Translations under genes and position numbers: made by a program
The notes under the pieces: model-generated
What the model was told of the DNA's origin: nothing
Seen by the model: only the letters and a program-made list of their open reading frames with translations
The model's database searches: none
NCBI RefSeq assembly: GCF_014280175.1
Contig: NZ_CP047931.1
Coordinates: forward strand, 960,001-992,000
Length of the DNA stretch: 32,000 nucleotides
Direction of reading: 5' to 3'
DNA from: Synechococcus sp. A15-28
Lineage (GTDB): Bacteria; Cyanobacteriota; Cyanobacteriia; PCC-6307; Cyanobiaceae
Shown here: piece after piece, positions 25,312-32,000 of the stretch
Position numbering within the stretch: position 1 is the stretch's first letter
How the letters are laid out: every line of letters begins with the position of its first letter

Positions 25312-26763
25312 GTGAGCACCATCCCACGAGGCGCGAGGATCAACGCAGTTCCAACGCAGCCGGTGCACGCCTCCACCGATCTCCGGCCCGACCTGCACAG
25401 CCTGGACTCCTTCGCCTCTCCAGATCAAACCGATCCGGTTCTGCAGGATTTCCTGCACCGGGCCGCAGATCTGCTCTGTCATTGGATCGGTGCTGCCTCC
25501 CAGGGAGTGCCGTTGCCGACCGTGCGCCCTCAGCCCGACGTCGCTCCGATGGCGGCAGGGCTGGGAATGGAGGGGTTGCTCAAGGATCTTCAGCTGGTGA
25601 TGGATGGTGCCTACCAGCCCTCCCATCCGGGAGCTCTGGCCCATCTGGATCCACCGCCGCTCACGGCGACGATTGCAGCCGATCTGATCTGTGCCGGCCT
25701 CAACAACAATCTTCTGGCGGAGGAACTCTCCCCTGGGCTGACGGACCTCGAACATCAGCTATGCGGCTGGTTCTGTCAGCGACTGGGACTGCCGGAACAA
25801 AGCGGTGGGGTGCTGGCCAGCGGCGGCACCCTCAGCAATCTGATGGGGTTGGTGGTGGCCCGCACCGACGCGGGGGTTCGCGATGGCGTCGTGCTCTGCA
25901 GTCGCGACGCCCACGTCTCGCTTCAGAAGGCTGCCACCGTGATGGGACTGGCGGATGAGGCGCTTCTGCAGCTTCCCGTTGACAGCGACGGCGGCCTGAA
26001 CCTGGCAGCTTTGGAGTCGGCCCTGGTGGACTTACGCCGCGACGGTCGCTGCTGTCTGGCGGTTGTGGCGACCGCAGGCACCACAGTCCGGGGGGCGGTG
26101 GATCCCCTGAACGGGATCGCCAGCCTCTGCCGGCGTGAAGGGGTCTGGCTGCACGTGGATGCAGCGATCGGTGGGGTTTTTGCCCTTTGGGAGCCATTGG
26201 CATCCCTGATGAAGGGGTTGCATCAGGCGGATTCGATCACGCTCAATCCGCAGAAGCTGCTGGGGATCACCAAAACCTCCTCCATGCTGCTGTTGCGGGA
26301 CCGTTCCAAGCTGCGGCAGGCCTTCTCCACAGGGTTGCCCTACATGGAGTCCCCCTGCGGTGACGATCATGGTGGTGAGCTGGGTCTGCAGGGGACCCGG
26401 CCGGCTGAGGTGCTGAAGCTCTGGCTTGGCCTGCGGCAGCTCGGCATCGACGGCATCGGTTCCGTGCTGGAGTCCGCCCTCGAGCGCAAAGCCATGCTGA
26501 AACAGCTTTTGCCGGAGGATCGGCTGTTGCTGATGGATGGCGGCCTGCACCTGTTGGCCCTGCGACCCCGTCAGGACGATCCTGCTGTCTCCGCCCGTTG
26601 GACCGAGCAGACGCGACAGTTGCTGATGCGCCAGGGTTTCCTGCTGTCGCGCCCCCGTTACGACGATCATCACTGGTTGAAGGTGGTTCTGGGGAATCCC
26701 CACACCACCAGCTCACACCTGCAGCAGCTGGCAGGGTTGATCAGGCAGCAGCTGACCGACTGA
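25312..26763 (+). CDS. group II pyridoxal-dependent decarboxylase
   Basis: GGVLASGGTLSNLMGLVVART, WLHVDAAIGGVFALW, DSITLNPQKLLGITKTSSMLLLRD. Confidence 0.93.
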   Translation: MSTIPRGARINAVPTQPVHASTDLRPDLHSLDSFASPDQTDPVLQDFLHRAADLLCHWIGAASQGVPLPTVRPQPDVAPMAAGLGMEGLLKDLQLVMDGAYQPSHPGALAHLDPPPLTATIAADLICAGLNNNLLAEELSPGLTDLEHQLCGWFCQRLGLPEQSGGVLASGGTLSNLMGLVVARTDAGVRDGVVLCSRDAHVSLQKAATVMGLADEALLQLPVDSDGGLNLAALESALVDLRRDGRCCLAVVATAGTTVRGAVDPLNGIASLCRREGVWLHVDAAIGGVFALWEPLASLMKGLHQADSITLNPQKLLGITKTSSMLLLRDRSKLRQAFSTGLPYMESPCGDDHGGELGLQGTRPAEVLKLWLGLRQLGIDGIGSVLESALERKAMLKQLLPEDRLLLMDGGLHLLALRPRQDDPAVSARWTEQTRQLLMRQGFLLSRPRYDDHHWLKVVLGNPHTTSSHLQQLAGLIRQQLTD

Positions 26764-26797
26764 TCCCGCAGAATCGGACCGCGTTGTGCGGGATGGA

Positions 26798-27019
26798 ATG
26801 GGCGTGAACGAGCAGCGTCCGCGCTGGGTGGCGATCGTGACCGGGGCCATTTCCATCGCGATCGCGGTGGTTTATCTCCTGTTGATCACCGTTCTCGACG
26901 CTCGGGGTCCGATGCTGCCTCCCCCTCCCGAGGCCCTGGGTGTGGTGGAAGGGTTGCCGCTGCTTTCCGCTTCAGTGGCTCCACCACCTGGCGCATCGCG
27001 GTTTCAAGAAATCGCTTGA
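26798..27019 (+). CDS. small single-TM protein, 73 aa (start MGVNEQRPRW)
   Basis: MGVNEQRPRWVAIVTGAISIAIAVVYLLLITVLDARGPMLPPPPEALGVVEG...; tail overlaps the convergent GTPase gene. Confidence 0.65.
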   Translation: MGVNEQRPRWVAIVTGAISIAIAVVYLLLITVLDARGPMLPPPPEALGVVEGLPLLSASVAPPPGASRFQEIA

Positions 27020-28481
27020 GGGACGCCTCCCGTCGGTTCAGCTCGAAGGCGTCCTGAACCACCGACTGAATGCCCTCATCCCCCCAGTCCTGGTCCTGCT
27101 CGAAATAGCGAATGAAACTGGCACCGGCGATACGGGTAAGCCAAGCGGTCACCACGCCCTGGACGCCCCGGCCGATGAGCAGCGTTGGTAGAGACAAGCT
27201 CAGTGCAGGGCTGATCAGACTCAAGGCACCTTTGACGATGCCGAGCCCTGCCAGGGTGCGCCCCACGGACACCGCCAGCTCCCTGGCGCGTTCCTTGGTC
27301 ATGTCAACGCCGTAAACGGCGGCGATTTCCAGCACCATCTGGCCATTCACCGCCGCTGTGCTCAGCAGGTCCACCCCGGGCAATGGCGTGGCGGCCACGA
27401 TCCCGGCACCGATCCAGCTGTAGCGATCAACGCATCGCTTCGCCTCGCGTCGTCGCTGGCTGTTGAGCAGGTCCCGTCCCCGTTGGTCCAGCTGTCGGCA
27501 CTGCAGAAGAATGTTGTCAGCGATCAGTTCCTCACCGTCTGCATGCAGGACGGCGGCCAGCCGCTGCAACAGTTCATTGACATCTGGAGCCGGTTGCAGG
27601 GGGCGTCCACCCGGCTGGGGAATCGATTGTGGTGCGGCGCTGCAAGCCACAACATCGGCAGCAGGCACCAGCCCAGTGCATCGGCTGCGCAGCACCTGAA
27701 GCAGGCGTTTCTCCTCCTCGGCACCCCGCAGATCCCGTTTGTTCAACACCAACAGCAACCGTTTCCCCAGTCCTGCCAGGGATTGCAGCACCGTCATCTC
27801 CGAGCTGCGCAGGTCACCATCCACCACCACCAACAGCAGGTCGGCACGAACCGCCTGTTGGCGCGCTCGGTCTTCACGACTGAGCCCAGCATCCCCCGCT
27901 TCAAGAATGCCCGGGGTATCAACCAGGCGCAGACCCCGTTCCAGTCCCTTCAAGCGCAGGCGATAGCTGGGTGTGCTGCGGGTGGATCCCATCGCGGCGG
28001 TCACATCACCCACCATGTCCTCCAGCAGGGCGCGGATCAGCGATGTTTTGCCGCTGGATCCTGTGCCGAACACCACCACCACAAGATCGCCGCGGGCCAG
28101 GTCCTGTTCCACCCGTTCGCGCTCCTGGCGCAGGCTTTCCCGCACCACACCGTCCTCCAGCCGTTCGAGCAGGCGATCAATGCTGATCAGGCTCCGGTCA
28201 GCGGCGTCACGCCGGGTTGTCGGCACCGCCTGAGGGGCTTCGGCGCGCTTGCTGCTGGATCGCTGCCGGATCTGTCTCCACCAGGGCAGTCCCACCTGCA
28301 CCACCAGGGCTGCGACCAGGGCTAATCCCAGCAACAGCAATGGCGTGATCAGCCAGCCGGGCAGGAAGTAGCTCAGATCCCAGAGAAGGGTTCGAACGGC
28401 CTGCAGCAGGCCACCCAGCACGATCAGAGCCGCCAGGGCAGCGGCCAGTCCCAGCAGCAGTCGGTGGCGTTTTGGGATCAC
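26886..28481 (-). CDS. membrane-associated GTPase with DUF697-type C-terminal domain
   Basis: Two TM helices, FGTGSSGKTSLIRALLEDMVG, LVDTPGILEAG, VLNKRDL, GAGIVAATPLPGVDLLSTAAVNGQMVLEIAAVYG. Confidence 0.9.
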   Translation of the reverse strand: MIPKRHRLLLGLAAALAALIVLGGLLQAVRTLLWDLSYFLPGWLITPLLLLGLALVAALVVQVGLPWWRQIRQRSSSKRAEAPQAVPTTRRDAADRSLISIDRLLERLEDGVVRESLRQERERVEQDLARGDLVVVVFGTGSSGKTSLIRALLEDMVGDVTAAMGSTRSTPSYRLRLKGLERGLRLVDTPGILEAGDAGLSREDRARQQAVRADLLLVVVDGDLRSSEMTVLQSLAGLGKRLLLVLNKRDLRGAEEEKRLLQVLRSRCTGLVPAADVVACSAAPQSIPQPGGRPLQPAPDVNELLQRLAAVLHADGEELIADNILLQCRQLDQRGRDLLNSQRRREAKRCVDRYSWIGAGIVAATPLPGVDLLSTAAVNGQMVLEIAAVYGVDMTKERARELAVSVGRTLAGLGIVKGALSLISPALSLSLPTLLIGRGVQGVVTAWLTRIAGASFIRYFEQDQDWGDEGIQSVVQDAFELNRREASLKRFLETAMRQVVEPLKRKAAATLPPHPGPREGEAASDPERRER

Positions 28482-28957
28482 GACGGTGCCTTGCTGCCCC
28501 GGCTGCTCCAGAGATCAATAAAAAAACAGAGGACAGCCAGGTTGATGGCGACATCCGCTGGATTGAAGATCGGGAAGTTGATGGGCACAAGGGCGAGGAA
28601 ATCGATCACATGGCCGATGCGCCAGCGATCAATGCCGTTTCCCAGGGTGCCCCCCAGCAGAAAAGCCACGGCCATCCCCTGCCAGAACGGAGCTGCGCGA
28701 TGCCGCATCACCCAGATCAACAGGCCTGCCGTCACGGCCAGACTCAACACTCCAAGCCACTGGACTGAGCCGCGTAACAAGCTGAAAGCTGCGCCGGTGT
28801 TGTGCACGAGCTGGCCGTTGAGCAGGCCAGGAAGCAGTGGAACAATGCGTCCATCGGCCAGCTGGGACGAGGCCAGTAGTTTTGTGCCCTGATCCACGAC
28901 CACCACCAGGCCAGCGACCCCCAAAAGCGGGGTGCGTCGAAGGGTTGAGCTTGTCAT
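28478..28957 (-). CDS. lspA: lipoprotein signal peptidase
   Basis: VVDQGTKL, LVHNTGAAFSLL, GGTLGNGIDRWRIGHVIDFL, FPIFNPADVAINLAV. Confidence 0.96.
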   Translation of the reverse strand: MTSSTLRRTPLLGVAGLVVVVDQGTKLLASSQLADGRIVPLLPGLLNGQLVHNTGAAFSLLRGSVQWLGVLSLAVTAGLLIWVMRHRAAPFWQGMAVAFLLGGTLGNGIDRWRIGHVIDFLALVPINFPIFNPADVAINLAVLCFFIDLWSSRGSKAPS

Positions 28958-29523
28958 TCCTTGATCACCAGACACCAGCGCAGGATCACAGCCATGAGGG
29001 CTGTGGCTGCGCAGAGAGCGAGTTGTGCGGGCAGGGGCCTAACCCCGTAGCTGAGAACAAGCTCCGTCAGGGGCTGATCCCAGCGTCTCAGCAGTGCGCC
29101 AACAGCCAGATTCACCAGACCGGACAGCTGCAGTGTCATCAACCCAGCCACGGCGGCGGCGGCTTGGGATGTGAGATCACCCATGCCCTGCTGCTGGGAG
29201 AGACGACCCGTCAGCCAGGCCGCGGGGATGAATCCGGCCAAATAGCCGAAGCCAGGTTCCAGCACGTAGGGGAGCCCCCCGCCGCTGTGGAACACCGGCA
29301 GATCCAGCAGACCGAGGCTGAGATAGGCCACGGCGGCCATCATCCCGGCACGGGGACCACTGACGAGGGCGCAGAGCAGAAGCGCCGGTACCTGCCAGGT
29401 CGCCGGCAGATCCACCAGCTGCAATGGCGCTGATGGAATCAGCAGGGCAGAGGGCAGCAGGCCGCCGATCACGATCAACAGCAATCCGGCCAGGGCTCCA
29501 CTCCAGGTGGCGAGAGCTTTCAC
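28954..29523 (-). CDS. bioY: biotin transporter BioY
   Basis: GPRAGMMAAVAYLSLGLLDLPVFHSGGGLPYVLEPGFGYLAGFIPAAWLTG. Confidence 0.95.
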   Translation of the reverse strand: MKALATWSGALAGLLLIVIGGLLPSALLIPSAPLQLVDLPATWQVPALLLCALVSGPRAGMMAAVAYLSLGLLDLPVFHSGGGLPYVLEPGFGYLAGFIPAAWLTGRLSQQQGMGDLTSQAAAAVAGLMTLQLSGLVNLAVGALLRRWDQPLTELVLSYGVRPLPAQLALCAATALMAVILRWCLVIKE

Positions 29524-29579
29524 GCCGGTCGATCAACTGAGCGCATCCTGCTTGAGAATGCAGGTCCTGCCCAGATCCC

Positions 29580-29801
29580 ATGTCCGTTTCCGTCGGCGAT
29601 CGCCTGCGACTGACCGCTGCTCAGACCTATCTCAAAACCGCTGATCCGATGCCGATGCTGCGGCCACCGGATCTGGTGTCGGTGGGTGAAATCGGGGAAG
29701 TGATTGCGCTCCATCCTCTCGAAACCGTGGCTGTCCGCTTTCGTCAGGGGGCATTCCTGATCCCCCTCACTCAACTGGAACCCGTAGCGGCTGAGGACTG
29801 A
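29580..29801 (+). CDS. sipA: SipA-like regulatory protein (DUF3148; NblS-interacting family)
   Basis: SVGDRLRLTAAQTYLKTADPMPMLRPPDLVSVGEIGEVIALHPLETVAVRFRQGAFLIPLTQLE. Confidence 0.88.
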   Translation: MSVSVGDRLRLTAAQTYLKTADPMPMLRPPDLVSVGEIGEVIALHPLETVAVRFRQGAFLIPLTQLEPVAAED

Positions 29802-31039
29802 AGCTGGTGCCAGCGGCGCTCCAGCCCCTTGAGTGCATCCGCCGGACCGCAAAGACTGAGGTGGGGACGGTGGAGCCAGCGCTGGGCTGCCTCCATCAGC
29901 TGCGGAGCCTGCAGCGATTCGATGCGTTCCAGGCAGAGATGGTCGTGGTCATCGCTCAGACCGAGGCTGCGTCGGTGTGCAGCCCGTTCAGCCCGCTGGG
30001 CGCTGGTCTGGCGGCCATGGGCGATCTGGCCACGGAATTTGGCCCGCGCCAGGGTCAGGTCGTCCTCGCTGAGGGGCTGGCTGCGCAACTCCTGCCAGCT
30101 CTGGTGCAGGAGAGACAAGCTGAGCTCAGCACGTTCGGCGCTGCTGGAGGCATGCAGGACGAACGGCGAAGCTCCAGCTCGCGCCGGGTGATGCGCACCG
30201 ACGTCGTAGGCCACACCATGGTCCTCCCGCAGTCGTCGGAACAGCAGGCTCGACATGCCTGAGCCCAGATGGCACTGCAGCAGACGCAGGGCCAGGTCAT
30301 CCGGGTGGCCATGGGGGCAGCAGGGTTGGCCCAGCATCATCACCACCTGCTCGGTGTCGATGGATTGCATGATCAGATCGCCCTCTGCGCCGGGCATCCA
30401 GTGCACCGGTGGAGGCGGTGGAGCCTCGTCGGTGTCGTGCCAGCCCTCTCCGGTCCGGTTCAGCAGTGTGTCGTCCAGGCTGGAGGACCAGGTTCCGCTG
30501 AGGGCCAGTACGGAACGACCCGATGTCAGCTGTGCGGCCAGGGCCCGAAGAGCGCCCTCATCCAGTTGCTGCAGGTCATCGATCACACCGAGCGGATCAT
30601 GGCCGTAGCCCGTGTCGCCGTAGACCAGCCGCCGCCATTGATCGATCGCCAGTTGAAAGGGATCCTCCCGTTGGCGTTGCAGGGCCTGCACACTTAAGGA
30701 TCGCTCCAGTTCCAGTTGTTCCGTTGCCAGATGGGGTGCTGTGACCATCCAGTCGAGCAACGGCATCAACTCCTGGGCGTCTTCGCTGGTGCAGCGAAGG
30801 CTGATCAGCAACCCGTCTTCGTTGGCGTCGCTGCGCAGTCCGGCCCCTCTCCCTTCCACCAGATCCGCCAGCTGGCGGTGGTCGTACGGTCCGCAACCGC
30901 GGCTGAGGGTGGCCGCCAGCAGCTGATGGGCACCACGCTGGCCGACACCGTCTGTGGCGCTTCCCCAGGGCAGCAGCAGCTTTGCCGCCAACACCCCTGG
31001 GGTGGTGATTCGATCAACGATCAACTCCGGGATGGCCAT
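29771..31039 (-). CDS. M16 family peptidase-like protein, zinc motif apparently degenerate (start MAIPELIVDRI)
   Basis: RGAHQLLAATLSRGCGPYDHRQLADLVEGRGAGLRSDAN at the expected HxxEH position; LLQCHLGSGMSSLLFRRLREDHGVAYDVGAHH. Confidence 0.85.
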   Translation of the reverse strand: MAIPELIVDRITTPGVLAAKLLLPWGSATDGVGQRGAHQLLAATLSRGCGPYDHRQLADLVEGRGAGLRSDANEDGLLISLRCTSEDAQELMPLLDWMVTAPHLATEQLELERSLSVQALQRQREDPFQLAIDQWRRLVYGDTGYGHDPLGVIDDLQQLDEGALRALAAQLTSGRSVLALSGTWSSSLDDTLLNRTGEGWHDTDEAPPPPPVHWMPGAEGDLIMQSIDTEQVVMMLGQPCCPHGHPDDLALRLLQCHLGSGMSSLLFRRLREDHGVAYDVGAHHPARAGASPFVLHASSSAERAELSLSLLHQSWQELRSQPLSEDDLTLARAKFRGQIAHGRQTSAQRAERAAHRRSLGLSDDHDHLCLERIESLQAPQLMEAAQRWLHRPHLSLCGPADALKGLERRWHQLQSSAATGSS

Positions 31040-32000
31040 CAGCGTCGCCCCGCCGGAGTTGCGATCAGGCGGCAGGCCCAATCGGGCCGAAGGAGCGGCA
31101 CCAATTCCGTCGACAGCCGATCTTCACTCCAGGTCTGCAGATGCTGCAGGGGTTGCAGCAGCTCCTGCGGGCGATCCCACAAGGTCTGGCTGGCCGCCTG
31201 GGCTGCCACCTGCCCCACCGATTCCAGGGCGTAACGCAAACCGTTGCCGACTAGCTGGCGGCCACGCATCAGTTCCGCGGCTGAAAAGGGGGCCGCCTGC
31301 TCAAGTTGCTCATGAACCGTCGCCTCCACCTGCTCAAGGTCCTCGGGTTCACAGCTGATCTCCAGGGTCATCAGGCAGCCCTGTTCCAGAACACTAAGGT
31401 CCATGTCCACGCTTTCGGCGATCCGCAGCTCCTCCCGGAGCCTGGCCACAAGACGACTGCGTCGCCCCTCCCCCAGCAGTGATGTGGCGAGATCAGCGCC
31501 CATCACCCAGGCCTGGTCGTGGGCGGGAGGACCGCTCCAGAGCATCAGCAATCGCGCTGATTCCAGGCGCGGAAGTTCGATGCTGTGGCGACCCGGCAGG
31601 AGCTTGAGTCCTGTTGGCTCAGCCGTCGGGTGCGCGTCTGACGGCAAATCCGCCAGGGCAGAGCTCTCGATCGTGGCTTTCAGCTCCCTGGCCTTCGGCC
31701 CGCTGATGGCGATGCAGCAATTCTGACCTCGGTAGCGGCGTCGATGGAACCGGCGCATCGCTTCGGGGTCCATGGCCAGAAGACTGGAGCGTTCCCCGAG
31801 GATGGGTCGTCCATAGGGGTGGTCCGGGCAGCCCTGCTTCAGAAGCTGTTGCAGGACCAGCTCATCCGGTTGATCGGCGTACTGGGCGATCTCCTCGAGT
31901 ACCACCTCCCGCTCCAGGCGAAAGGGCTCGTGCTCCAGGGCTGGGTGCAGCACCAAATCCAGCAGCAGTTCCAGGGCCTGCTGGCTCTGAGTGGGTGGAA
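31039..32000 (-). CDS. M16 family peptidase (partial, runs off the window edge)
   Basis: ...QSQQALELLLDLVLHPALEHEPFRLEREVVLEEIAQYADQPDELVLQQLLKQGCPDHPYGRPILGERS; frame open to base 32000. Confidence 0.9.
   Translation of the reverse strand, partial: PPTQSQQALELLLDLVLHPALEHEPFRLEREVVLEEIAQYADQPDELVLQQLLKQGCPDHPYGRPILGERSSLLAMDPEAMRRFHRRRYRGQNCCIAISGPKARELKATIESSALADLPSDAHPTAEPTGLKLLPGRHSIELPRLESARLLMLWSGPPAHDQAWVMGADLATSLLGEGRRSRLVARLREELRIAESVDMDLSVLEQGCLMTLEISCEPEDLEQVEATVHEQLEQAAPFSAAELMRGRQLVGNGLRYALESVGQVAAQAASQTLWDRPQELLQPLQHLQTWSEDRLSTELVPLLRPDWACRLIATPAGRR

Noticed and set aside
27483-28325. 280-aa plus-strand ORF antisense to the GTPase
   Set aside because: Overlies the P-loop GTPase, whose motifs are clear; composition is antisense-like.

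Overview
This window looks like a marine Synechococcus/Cyanobium-type picocyanobacterial chromosome segment, inferred from apcF, psb28, gun4, a SipA-like protein, glnA with an NtcA-type promoter, and DUF3764/DUF3303/DUF2973-like proteins. From about 6.7 kb to the right end it is dense, ordinary core genome: rsmA-ispE-DUF3082-pdhB-secD-secF; two tandem AI-2E-family permeases with psb28; mnmH and gun4; an RsbW-like protein; a methyltransferase; glnA; apcF; an aminotransferase; tadA; a PLP decarboxylase; bioY-lspA-GTPase; sipA; and two M16 peptidase-like genes. From about 0 to 6.6 kb it is a sparse region of small orphan-like ORFs and repeats, with AT-rich patches. Its most recognisable gene is a 56-aa bacterial metallothionein (1384-1554), absent from the supplied ORF track, with an AT-rich dyad upstream that could be a Zur/metal-sensor site. 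Other notable observations are: a two-member small-protein family sharing the block H-x-PFRALAC (4760-4960 + and 13276-13452 -); an AT-rich gene whose product carries a motif like those next to RTX/hemolysin-type domains in cyanobacteria; five untracked microproteins with a single hydrophobic segment, one of whose 5' region contains the glnA NtcA box; a 70-bp-period tandem duplication; dispersed repeats; and a GHSY-encoding 12-bp tandem repeat upstream of a 200-aa orphan ORF. I see no CRISPR array, rRNA, tRNA or clear transposase, and I cannot claim a demonstrated new multi-gene system.
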